The notes under the pieces are model-generated. The model had not been told where the DNA came from and did not search any database. It worked only from the letters and a program-made list of their open reading frames with translations. A DNA stretch of 56,220 nt. It comes from Nemertoderma westbladi (lineage: Eukaryota > Animalia > Xenacoelomorpha). The position numbers and the translations under genes were made by a program. Location: NCBI GenBank assembly GCA_032718475.1, contig JAUCBJ010003545.1:1-56220 (forward strand), given 5' to 3'. Of this stretch, positions 23,693 to 34,848 are shown piece by piece. Numbering within the stretch: position 1 is the stretch's first letter; each line of letters opens with the position of its first letter.

Positions 23693-25092
23693 TAAACACC
23701 ACCGCAGTGTATCGAGCACTCATGTATGAGAAAGACACAGACAGCGACCTCACCCTAACTACTTCAGATCAACAACAATCTTGGAAAGCGCCAACTTCAA
23801 ATGTAGGAATCCGAGAATTTCCTGTAGTCCAGTTACGGGTCCACGGACCTCAGAAGAGCTATATAGTGAACGCCCTCCTGGACTCCGGCAGCACAGGAAC
23901 ATTCATCGATAAAGAACTAGCCGAAGACATCTTTGCTGGACAACCCAAGTTCCGAACCAAGCTAAACATGTCAGGGATCATGCAGGTTTGGAATTCTACT
24001 GTAGCTGCCGACTATTATATAGGTGAGTTGTCCACTCCACAGGATAAACTAGGAGAACACAGTATAAGGTCAGTCAAAATGGTGGCAATAAAGAACTTCG
24101 CTACCACCCAAGTGGAACCTTATAATTGGGACGAAGATGATCATGTCCAACAACTTAACATCCCTAGATTCGACACCGATTATCCTGGAGTACAAATATT
24201 AATCGGTCAAAACGCGCATGAGGCGCTGGAGACATTAGAGAAACGACCTACTCAACCGCAACCACTTCAGACCTATGCGGTAAGAACTAGAGTAGGCTGG
24301 TACCTTACTGGACCTTCCCGTAGAACGCTCAGGGAAAGACTGCTTCAAGATCGCGTCTGCCAGGTGAGTGAATGGGAAGACGATACTAGTGAGGGAGACG
24401 ACCCAACTGAGGGAACACCACACTCCTCAGATAATGACAATCTTAACTCCAATGTAGATCAATGGAGATATTGCCCCAAGAAGTTTAATCCAACTGACAT
24501 CGCTTCCAGAGGAGCAACTCCTCAAGAACTGACAGATACTACAGACCGGTTAGGTGAACCCGACTTCCTGAGTAAGGAGGATGAATGGCCTCCCCATCTT
24601 ACTCCGACTGAGATTAGACCAGCCAAGGGAGCGGAGAAAGTCAAACCTAAAACCCGGACGGGTGGATCGGAGTTATTTGAACCCGGGATAGATCTGTCGG
24701 TATTACATATTGCCAGGGACGACGCCGTGGATCTGGACCTCCCCACCGCGAGTGGGTCCTTCATGAAGATCAAAGAGAGCGATTGGAGCTCTGGAATATC
24801 AGACGTCTCGCAGGGACTCTCACCTCTCCTGCAGGGAGCGACGGACCACTATAGCTCCTGGAATCGGCTTTGTAAGGCCGTCGTGTACCTAGAGCGATGT
24901 TTCTATCGTCACTATTCCAGGACGAAGAGGAAACCTGGAATTGTATTCGGGATGCAGCGACTCAATCACCCAGTCGGTCGTTTGTGTTTACCGGAAGGGA
25001 ATGGAGGACTCTCCGGAAACTGTGGAAGGCAAGATTCTCTTCCCACGACCACCTCCCTAATCCTTCAAACATCTAGGGACTCCATAACGTAA
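23635..25092 (+). CDS. pol: BEL/Pao aspartic protease plus fused remnants of the RNase H end, connector and integrase C-terminus; in the -1 frame relative to gag
   Basis: ALLDSGSTGTFI (D at 23881), ILIGQN, RTRVGWYLTGP, then QWRYCPKKFNPTDIASRG..PDFL..WPP, HYSSWNRL..VYL, LNHPVGRLCL; no YxDD or integrase DDE core. Confidence 0.85.
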   Translation, partial: DGRIFYTDEFSDQNESCYLINTTAVYRALMYEKDTDSDLTLTTSDQQQSWKAPTSNVGIREFPVVQLRVHGPQKSYIVNALLDSGSTGTFIDKELAEDIFAGQPKFRTKLNMSGIMQVWNSTVAADYYIGELSTPQDKLGEHSIRSVKMVAIKNFATTQVEPYNWDEDDHVQQLNIPRFDTDYPGVQILIGQNAHEALETLEKRPTQPQPLQTYAVRTRVGWYLTGPSRRTLRERLLQDRVCQVSEWEDDTSEGDDPTEGTPHSSDNDNLNSNVDQWRYCPKKFNPTDIASRGATPQELTDTTDRLGEPDFLSKEDEWPPHLTPTEIRPAKGAEKVKPKTRTGGSELFEPGIDLSVLHIARDDAVDLDLPTASGSFMKIKESDWSSGISDVSQGLSPLLQGATDHYSSWNRLCKAVVYLERCFYRHYSRTKRKPGIVFGMQRLNHPVGRLCLPEGNGGLSGNCGRQDSLPTTTSLILQTSRDSIT

Positions 25093-25604
25093 CAACATAT
25101 GGAGTGGGTGTGTGACTCTATTATTTTATATTATTTTATTATTTTTATATTTCTGTATGTATTACTATGTAATTTTATTATAATCGTTTTATTTAATTTA
25201 GTAGAATATTATTTAGCGATTATTTATTAGATTAGTGCAATATATATTCGCGTTTATTACTTAATTACGTATATATTATATTTAGTGCGACGGCAAGAAA
25301 TAATTCTTTTCCTCCTTCCTTACTGTCCGTATTATATTATAAATACGTAACTACAGTAAGATCAAATGTCCGTACTTATTAAAGTACAATAAAGCCACTA
25401 CTATATTTAAGTATTATTGGTAGGCAGAGTATTAGGAATGCAAAGTTCAGATCCTCGTGTCTCGGCTAAACCAAGCTCTGGGTAGACCTTGGAAACGACT
25501 TGCCTCTTCACACTGACATTGCTTCGTGCGATATTGCTCTCATACTGTATATTAAATAATACATATAGTAGCGTGATGTCCCTTTAACAGTAGCGTATAA
25601 CGCA

Positions 25605-25920
25605 AAATAAATCTGTTAAACCCTTTGACCATCTGTAATTCTAGTCGATTAAGATATCGCGGCACCCACCGATATACTTGAAAGACAAATTCTAGAATCA
25701 GTGGTTAACGTCCCCAGACAAGTTCTGGAATAAATCGGTGCCCATCTCAAATATTAATTATTTAATATTTGCAAGTCTAATAAATCAAAATCTGTAAAAT
25801 TCAGATCCTTCAACAATTCTAGTCAATTAAGATATCGTAGCATTTACCGATATTCTTAAAAAGACAATTGTCATAGAATTAAGGATCTTGTGTCCCCAGA
25901 CATGTTCTAGAATCAAAATA
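25605..25920 (+). repeat. Degenerate ~178-bp tandem duplication in the retroelement 3' region
   Basis: AATTCTAGTC(G/A)ATTAAGATATCG...GTCCCCAGACA.GTTCT at about 25637 and 25815. Confidence 0.75.
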
Positions 25921-26763
25921 TGTCAATTTAATTATCAAATAATAAAATTTCAGGGAATAAATTTAAATTCATGCCTTTTAATGAATTTAATAAATTGCCA
26001 TTTTTACGCAATTTATAACATTCCCAAAATTCCATTAATTAATAGATCAAGGGAGCGGAGATTTATCTTATTATGCGTATGAGTGTGCGAAAGTCTCCCA
26101 AACATAGTCAATAGCCGATAAAATTCATAAAGTCATGTATAAAACAGGACATTGACCATTAAAGAATTACTATTAAATAACATCCCAGATCTGTATGCAT
26201 TGGAATTACCCTAATTCTACCGCTAGCTTTGCATAATGTCACCATGGCAACAACCACGCTAGAATTAGAATTGAGTTAAAAGAACAATAGAAAGCTTGTC
26301 CCATTGAATAGCATAGGGAATAAATAGCGCACTGCTAGTATCCAAGGATACATAATAATACAGTGACATTCTGGAAGGCATTGACTAACGGACAAATGGC
26401 CCGAGTGTGTGTAATTTGTGACAAGTTGTGTGTGTGGTATTTGTGAGTTTATAGGCGAATGTTACTACTAAGGTGTGTTTACAGTAGCGAGTCGCAATTG
26501 TGAAAGTAACCCTAACTCTCCAATAAGAACCTGAAGTATATCTAAGCCTTTGGGACGGACGGTGGAGTGGCTCGTGCTGGTTGTTGTAGTCGTTGTGCAG
26601 CTACGACGTTGGCGATAGGCACATCGGCGAAAGGACACCAGCGCTGAGGATCTCGCACTGTCCGGGGGCAGAGAGGGGTAGGCAGCGACGCCCGCTCGCC
26701 TAAATATAAACTCATTATAATATGGATAAACTCATATAGCAGATATGGTTGAGTTGATAGAAG

Positions 26764-27150
26764 ATGATCTTGGTATCAGGGAGATATACTCTACCTTTAC
26801 AAGCGTTTGTTGATAGCTTAATACGCGGCGATGCTGGTCCAACTGCTGCGGAGGACGACGGTCGTTATATCGAACCGCCAATGTCCCAAGAGCAGCTCGC
26901 GCGCGAGTTGGACTATAGAAAATTCGCCGCTCGATATACGCAGCGTAATGGTACATATATGGACCTCTTAACTACTGGACATTCTATCGATTTACACGAT
27001 ACGGACTATGTCGAACATATCCTACCCAGAGGAGTCGAAACGATAAACCAAAATTCTAATGCGAAAATCCTATTCGAAATCGACTCGAAAGAAAAGACAT
27101 TAAAGAAACAAATAAACGCGGTAACTCCAACATATATTTGGAATTCTTGA
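26764..27150 (+). CDS. Orphan ORF (128 aa) in the 3' region of the LTR element
   Basis: ATG-initiated open frame with natural-looking composition in an otherwise AT-rich region; no family recognised. Confidence 0.4.
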   Translation: MILVSGRYTLPLQAFVDSLIRGDAGPTAAEDDGRYIEPPMSQEQLARELDYRKFAARYTQRNGTYMDLLTTGHSIDLHDTDYVEHILPRGVETINQNSNAKILFEIDSKEKTLKKQINAVTPTYIWNS

Positions 27151-27201
27151 TAGAAGCATTGTAACAACAAATAAATATCATCCGCGTTTCCCCTACAAGA
27201 C

Positions 27202-27582
27202 ATGTGTCTTTGGTGTTATTGTGATGAATGCCCAAGACCCAACCAACAAACAGAAAGACATAAACATCCGCGGAGACGTTGCTTTAAACACGGTTTTACT
27301 CGCTATATTTACGGGAGTTTCGAGCGAAACTTGTTTGATGTATCACCTACGCTCGTTCGACTCAGACGATCCTTAAATAAACCCATGATCAGAGTTCCGG
27401 AATACTCGGTCAGACCTCCTCATTCCCAAGTGAGACCTCAAACTCTCGATCCTAATAGTATGACGGATCCTCCCGAGCTGTACTCACTACTCAAAGATCT
27501 AGTGTTACCTGAACAATTAGTCGGTGGTACCCCGGTTGTGGGCTTCCTAGATATTAACCCATTCTACCTAGACGGATTGTGA
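27202..27582 (+). CDS. Orphan Cys/His-rich ORF (126 aa) in the 3' region of the LTR element
   Basis: MCLWCYCDEC...HKHPRRRCFKH; same frame as 26764-27150; no family recognised. Confidence 0.4.
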   Translation: MCLWCYCDECPRPNQQTERHKHPRRRCFKHGFTRYIYGSFERNLFDVSPTLVRLRRSLNKPMIRVPEYSVRPPHSQVRPQTLDPNSMTDPPELYSLLKDLVLPEQLVGGTPVVGFLDINPFYLDGL

Positions 27583-28153
27583 CGCGGACACCTAATATCA
27601 CTATCCAACCGTATGGTCGTCTCCGTTTAACGCGATATAACCCTTCATCAAGGTGAAGGAGAGCGTTGTACGAAACGAGTTAAACGCTATTCTATAAAGA
27701 TCAAAAAAGAAACCTGCGTTTGTTCAGATAAACGTAAGTTATAACAGTAAGTCCAATCGATAAACGAATTGGCCTTATCTCAGTTCGATTGGGAAATCTC
27801 GAATCTCTAAGAAGATATCAAGCTTAGAAAACCCTATTCTCTGCGAGAGTTTTGGACGAACGTATCCCATGACAAGCGGAGGAAAATCAGCTCGAGGAGA
27901 AGCATATCGAAATGGACGAGACACCGACCGTAAACCCAAACCTTCTAATGCAATTGTATTGCACCCTTTACCCAGGAGTTATAGCCTTTCTCGTAAAGTG
28001 GCTCGCCCCAAAGAGAAAAGGACTCTTGCTGGCCTCGGGAAACTGCGTGAACGCCGTCCGCGCAAGAAAAACTAACTGTTTAGAGTATCTTTATGTTTTA
28101 GAAACTGTGATTTTTATATTTTATAGACTGAAAATCCCATTTTCTGGGAGCGG

Positions 28154-29376
28154 TGTAAAAGCTTTTGCTGAATTGCCCGGTTATTTTTCCTTATTTTTCC
28201 CGTAAAATACTCTGTAGTTGGTTTAATAGGCGTAAGAGGCCGTATTATTGCTGTATCGGTGTTTTTAGAGGATCTAAGAGCTATTTCTTCCGTATGTGTA
28301 CTGTGGAAGGCATAGTTGATGATTCTATGGCAATTCCGTGACGCAAAAGGGGATAGCTACTCTTGAACAGTAGTTACTATGACGACGGTTAACAGCTGAT
28401 ATTCATACGTGTTGATTTTCTTTGTTCTACGGCATCTCTCAGTTCAGTCAACCAATCAGAGCGTTTTTACTGTTCTTGTACAGAAATTTCCTAGAAATCA
28501 CGCAATGCTTTATGGGCAGTGTTATCATTCAGTCCTGAGCCAAGAAAGAACGGCTTTTGGAATATTTGTGCTTTTCTGCTTTTAGCCTAACACTAGTAGG
28601 CTTAATTATAAGGACATATATCCGTTATCTGACATCACACTGGGTAACTCAATGGTTAACAACTTACTCAATGCTTGGCTGATCTTGTCGTGCATACTTT
28701 TATAACGTTATACTGCTATTTACTGTCGGTTATTCATTATATGGTTGATGAAATATTATATTTGGAATAACGAGAAATAACCCCGAAAACCCAATATTCT
28801 TGATATACCGAAGGTAAGAGAGACAGCTTACATATAACGATTGTGACTTATGTTAAAGTGGTTTGAAGTGAATCTAATGTTATCTGATAGACCCTACATG
28901 AGTCGGTCTGTGTTCCTTTTATATGTGACTAAAATCAGTGAAGATCGGCAGATCAGTGTGCAGTATTGTGCAGCATTGTGTATGAGTGAGACTGATAACG
29001 AAGCATTTCCTAAAGAATGCGCCATATATGTGAATTGTAACTAAGCCATATCGTTGCATGTAGTTTAAGTCATAGCTCTGTTTATATAGATAGAGCGCCA
29101 CGTCCAAAAGGAACTGTTAATATTCCCCGAAGGTGAATAATATTGTCAGAGATTATATAATACTGTCAGTCGAATAATACATTAGGCTTACATAGCAATA
29201 AGATTAAGCCGTCGAAGTCAATCTCCCGGGTATATCCAGCGGGTGAATGATCGCGCACAGATTGGTTTCAACTAGTGTAGTGAATCAAATACTTGTCAGA
29301 GGCTAAAAGCGATTTATTATCTAGAAGACATCCTAATTTGGCGGGTTAAACTGCCAAAGGTCTGAAAGCGCGAACA
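28154..29376 (+). repeat. 3' LTR (1223 bp)
   Basis: Near-identical to 14158-15380; followed by TSD ATACT. Confidence 0.97.
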
Positions 29377-29381
29377 ATACT

Positions 29382-30285
29382 TAACATTCGCAGTCGCAGT
29401 GAAGACCAGCACTTAAACGACCCACTGCGCCAACCATTTACAGACTCAAATGACCCGCGACTCTCTGAGTTACTGGTGCTGGCTAACCAAATGGACTCAA
29501 TGGATTGCAAAAATGGCAAACTTCACTGTCATACTTTTACTATTGATACTGCTAAGGCCATCTGTCATACATTTCGTGGCATTGTACATTTGATTCGCCA
29601 TTGTCTCAACAATGGTTTTCAATATGTACTCCCCGGACAGTTTACCACCGATCCCCTGGAAAAGGCGTTTGGACGGATCCGACAGTCAGCAGGCGGTACT
29701 TATTTCATATCTGCAGTCCAGGCAATGCAATATTACTCTATACAAAAGACCAAATTAATAACTGCATTGGATCAAGATTTTCTAGATTTTCAATCAACTA
29801 GCGGAGCTCATAAATGTGATAACTGTGCTTTCATGCTAACCGAAGAGGACGCTGCAGTATTCGATTCCTTGTCAGCCCTTGAGGTTGACGAGTTGGCCTT
29901 CGACACAAAGTCTGCTTTGCTATATGTTGCTGGTTATATACAGCGTTATATTCCCAACGATGATGACGATGACACATACTTTTATGCAATGCAGTTTGGC
30001 GGCTTTCTTGGTGAACTAAATCGAGGGAAATTGGTTACACCATCCGATACCTTTGTCCAGTTTACATTCTTTGCTTACATCATGTTTATTAGTTTAAACA
30101 AGCACAGACTATGTCGTTTTAGTTTAACCAATATTTTTGAAACAATTGCGGATAGTTATTTCGCCCAAGTCGTGCCAAAGGTGTGCTGTACCAGAATGTG
30201 CAACATATTTCTTAATAATTACAGTGTATTAGTCACCCATACAAGCTCTATGGAAACATCAATTAAAGCAATCAAGTTGTGCTAA
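29382..30285 (+). pseudogene. P-element/THAP9-type transposase, 3' part
   Basis: (L)NIRSRSEDQHLNDPLRQP...YVLPGQFTTDPLEKAFGRIRQSAGGTYFIS, LLYVAGYI, LNRGKLVTPS; open to TAA at 30285. Confidence 0.9.
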
Positions 30286-30510
30286 TGATATGTTTTTCAA
30301 TTAAAGCAATCAAGTTGTGCTAATGATATGTTTTTCAATTAAAGCAATCAAGTTGTGCTAATGATGTTTTTCAATTAAAGCAATCAAGTTGTGCTAATGA
30401 TATGTTTTATTTATTGCCATACAGTAAAGTTAATTACGTTAAGTGTAAAGTTATCAGGCTAAGTATAAAGTAACACCATAAGTGTAAAGTTATCACCCTA
30501 AATTTAAAGT
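30260..30510 (+). repeat. Four ~38-bp tandem units overlapping the transposase stop codon, followed by ~20-bp AAGTGTAAAGTTATCA repeats
   Basis: CAATTAAAGCAATCAAGTTGTGCTAATGATATGTTTTT x4 (30260-30408); second array at 30440-30510. Confidence 0.85.
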
Positions 30511-30904
30511 GCTGCTTAACAAAGATAATTTATAATAAATTTTTATTCTAGGGAAGCAATGGATGTGATTTTTAAATAAGACCAATTTCAATTAATTGTA
30601 ATCCAGCAGATTAACAGACAAACTGTAATCAATGACATAAAGTTTAATTCAAGTTTCATAACGTATGCATGCATCCTACGGAAAACGTATTTAGTGCATA
30701 GTTATCAGGTTTTGTGATGATGACACCACCACTAATAGTATAGGTAGGTTATTACAGGTCGGCCGCCAAGTCAGAATCGTACCTACACGTTGGCACGGCC
30801 TGTAATATAGTAGGCTATGGTTTAATGCTATACTGGTACTGGTAGCCAACATTATTAGATATCAATACCGGATAAATATAGCACACGGATATCAACAACA
30901 AGCG

Positions 30905-31215
30905 AGATGAGCTGAGGAGCCGCTGGGCTCCCTCTAGTGATTCTGAGAGTACTCCTAAGTCACCAGCAAATTCTAGATCAGTTATAGGTACTTGGCAAGT
31001 TTTAACATAGGCCAATAAAGTTACATACTACTACTAGGATCGGCATGCTGCATTGCAGCTGCATTTTTAAGAATACTGTGCCGGCTTGCCGAAAAAATTG
31101 CACCGCCACAACTCCCTATAACCCATGGCATTTGCTAGATTATCCGTATCTTCAAGGCCAGTGTCCTTTAAGATGCGTCTCAAGAAAGACATGGGCTGTC
31201 AACCATGCTTATTCA
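30905..31215 (-). mobile_element. Two rearranged fragments (RT piece and 3' end) of the same RTE family as 39426-41129
   Basis: 30905-30998 is the reverse complement of about 40298-40385; 31022-31215 is the reverse complement of about 40945-41130, including the (TAG)n tail. Confidence 0.85.
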
Positions 31216-32983
31216 CTCCATGAGGCTGCCAAAGCACATTTTCCAAGTTACATACAGTAGGTAATGTGACTACAGTAAATAAACTACTTAGCCACATGTT
31301 GATGTAACTAGAAATATAAAGTCACAGCTAATACTAACTTAAGTAAGGCTAAATTCTAATGTATGAATACCAGTTTAGCAACAACTAGTACTAAATACGC
31401 TACTAATAAGTAGCACCAACTTCTATGAATACCGAATTATGCACTTACTAACTGGCTGTGACTATAGGACTAAGTTCTTAGTTAGTCGTATTTATGAATA
31501 GAATAGCGCCCCTGATGTCTGTCTACGATGTTTGTTAGTGTTATTAAAATTAATTATTTCTTAGTCAGTTATGTAGGCCTAACTATTTATAGTGCTATGA
31601 TTTGAGCATGAAATAGCTATAAAGCTTACATGCAGTAGGCCTATTTGTCAGGGAATTGACATTTCAAACTTTGGGATTCTCATCCAATCAGAGCTCCCAT
31701 TTTCCATTAACCTAACAATCTCAATCTCAGCTGTATTGTGTTTGTGTTGGCTGGTTGGGATGCCTGGCCTGCTGCCTGCCTTTCACTGTTTACAGTTAGT
31801 ATCTGAGTATTCAGTAGGCCTATTACAGCATTTTAGCTGATCTTTCATAGCAGCAGCATACTGCATACAGGAATCTTGTAATCTGTCATACCAGGAGGAC
31901 TAGTCACCACACCAGAGCCAGTTTCTATATTTAGATCCATATATCCTGTATCACCTATCCATAGGTTTTGTAGTTTTGATTCCACAATCCTGCAATCCTT
32001 TCCACTTTCAGCCTTTACTGCTTTAGCTGTGGAGTCCAGGCTGCCAGGAGTCAGACAATCAGAAAGGGCAGTTCTACAGTTGCAGATCAATACAGCAGTA
32101 CAGCAATACACAATCTGACAATCGCGACCAGCCGACATCAGGACAATACAGCAATAGACTAATACAGTAATAGCAGAATTCAGGAAATACTGGCAGACTG
32201 GAATGGTTGGAAAACTTGGAAACACATTCTGCTGAAAATGATCAGTTAGGCTACCCATTCCATTAGGCCAGTACACAGTCAGACAGTACTGCAGTAGGCT
32301 AGGCCTACCAGTTGCAGTTGGCTTGGCGGCTGACTGGACTGCCTGATTCCTTTCTGAGCTAGGTCTAAACTCTGCTGCTCTGGTATCAGGGTATGGCTGT
32401 GTGGTGCATGGTAACATCTGTGATCTGACAGTCAGACAGTCTGAACATGGTCTGATGGTGGTCCTGGTCCTGTCAGCCTGTCTGTAGGCCTAGTCTGCTA
32501 CCAGGCTACAGCTGTACAGCTACAGCCTACCTACTGACCTACCGGCAGACCGGTACAGATTCTGCGATAGAATTGTTTTATTGACATCAACTGTCAACTG
32601 ATCAAGGTCAATAAAAGCAGCTATAATCTGACGGTCTGATAATAGCATCTACCACCAGACCACTGTACTGTAGCTGTGTAGTCGTAGTGTAGCACCTGTC
32701 CAATGCTGTCAGCCTGTGAGCAAAGACAGCTCGACAGCTGGACAGAACAGCAGAAAGATACGCTAGTCAATCAAACGAGTAAAACGTGCTGACTCCTGAC
32801 AGCCTGACCTGACAGCATAACTGGAAGTCCCACAATCCTGCAATCTACTACTGTACTAATCTATGTGACAGTACAGCATTACAGCAGTACTGCAGTAGGC
32901 CTAGGCAGGTAGGCAGTAGGTGAATTATAATTCTGGAATCAGGGAATAGGCCTATTGGAATAGCAAATTCAGAAATTGCCATT

Positions 32984-33133
32984 ATGAATGACATAAAGAA
33001 GCAAAATTATAAGGCCATATTGAATTCCTGTATATCCAAAGGAATCTTTTTTACTGACCCAATATTCCCACCGATAAATGGATCGATAATGAAGAAGAAA
33101 CCGACAGTAAAGATAGAATGGAAGCGACCTTCG
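32984..33133 (+). CDS. CAPN: Calpain exon 1 (MNDIKKQNY...FTDPIFPP...IEWKRPS)
   Basis: Calpain FxDPxFPP and WKRP motifs; donor TCG|gtaggt, phase 0. Further upstream exons are not excluded. Confidence 0.88.
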
Positions 33134-33290
33134 GTAGGTCTGTAGGTGTAAGCAATGTTTGAACTACCGGTATTGCAGTATTGGTCTTTTAAAATCAGAT
33201 TTCTGCATATTTTTGCGACATGACAACATTAAAACCACCGGGCGCTTACGGAATGAAGCAAATTAATTTAATTAATTACTACATGTCTAG

Positions 33291-33487
33291 GAATTGGTTA
33301 GGAAACCGGAGTTTATCTCTGATGGTATTTCCCGCTTCGACTGCGATCAAGGCGAGTTAGGCGACTGCTGGCTAATAGCCGCTGTCGCCACTCTCTGTCT
33401 GCACAAACCGCTCCTAGAGAAGGTAGTGCCACCGGGTCAATCATTCACACAAAACTACGCCGGTGTGTTTCACTTCAAACTGTGGCG
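33291..33487 (+). CDS. CAPN: Calpain exon 2, catalytic Cys (DQGELGDCWLIAA)
   Basis: ctag|GAA...CG|gttagt; includes NYAGVFHFKLWR. Confidence 0.95.
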
Positions 33488-34848
33488 GTTAGTGGAGTCT
33501 ATTATTTGTTATATTGTGCTGTTTACTGCGTATGTTCAGATGTTTACCGGTATACACGCACACACACTGTCGGTAGACGGTAGCTGTACGTACCGGTCAG
33601 CCGGTCGGTATCTTCATTAAAATATTATTTTAGAAATTCATATCATATTGGGACATTATACATTGTCTGGAAGAATAAAACTAACATATGCCAATTTTTA
33701 GTCAAAAATATTGATATCTAGGGGAGGGGTTGCTGTTGCTCAAACTGCTTTTGCAGTTTTGTAGCCTATTTTCGATACTGGCGATATTTAACGATGGAGA
33801 GGGTACATGATGATGCACACCCCAACCTTACGAATCGTTACGATACGATAAGATACAAGAACGATACAATAAGAATGAACTGATGAAACCCAGCCTTTAT
33901 GGACTACAGAAAAACTACAGTAAAAGTAGATGTTACATTGTGTTGCGCCAACTCAACTGAAACGCAACATTTTCTTTAGTTTGTTATGTTTGTTGTTTCT
34001 GAACTTAATAAATAATTACCCGGTAATATAATTATAATTAAATACATTTTAAATACTCATTAAAAAATTAATTTATAACTTTATTAATTAAACTTTAAGC
34101 GTGTGATATAGAAATTCAGGGCTAACATGGAGATAACAATTTTTTATAATTATATCAATAAGTCGTCCTGGCAGCCTGGCACCTGGGGTAAATGTCTCCC
34201 AGAGGCTACGTAACCTTGTTTTTATACTCGAGTCAATAGCAGGCTGAAGTAACTAAACTCAAGTTAGTGCCAAAAATTGTTAAGTATCGTAGTTTAATGC
34301 TTAGAAAAGAGTAGCCAACGGCGGAATGGCTAGTTAATTAATTATTAATCATCTTTTTCTTATATTATTTACTTCAGTTGACAACTTTTTACAAATTAAT
34401 TTTGTAGATTTACTTAATGAATTTGCAAAATACACTTCGCATATTTTTTCACGATTTTATTTTATTATTTAAACAATATAACCTCTTTGCTTATCTGAAT
34501 ATATTTTTTAATTATTGCGGGGCGCCGCTATTATTTATTTAGGTATATATACGGTAAGTTTATTAGTTTGGTTGGGGAGGTCCGAGCTCAGTGGGTTACC
34601 GTACAGACAATTTTCTGAGAAGAATTGGTTTAAAGCCCCAAAACTTTCAGTTTGCTGATAACCGCAATCTGCTACACCCAAGGCAACCACTGGGGAATTT
34701 GACTTCCTTTTCTATAATCCGTTAAATTAATGTTAATGCATGAAAAAGTAGTATTGCAAGGAACCACGTTTTCTCATTCAACTATTATCAATGAGTATAT
34801 TGAGTTTTGTAGGAGTGCACATTACTGCACATAACTGAATACCGGATA

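Larger units (their letters stand above)
14158..29376 (+). mobile_element. BEL/Pao LTR retrotransposon, non-autonomous (Gag, protease and Pol stumps), 15.2 kb including a nested DNA element
   Basis: TG...CA LTRs at 14158-15380 and 28154-29376; 5-bp TSD ATACT at 14153-14157 and 29377-29381; purine-rich GGGAGCGG before the 3' LTR; BEL-type Gag and Pol motifs. Confidence 0.95.

Noticed and set aside
26627-26680. Hammerhead ribozyme core (GAAA and CTGAGGA)
   Set aside because: Only about 11 nt separate GAAA from CTGAGGA, too few for stems I and III, and no GAAA follows the downstream stem.
31845-32417. 190-aa minus-strand ORF upstream of calpain
   Set aside because: No recognisable domain; low-complexity CAG/CTG-rich sequence in a probable promoter or 5' intron region.
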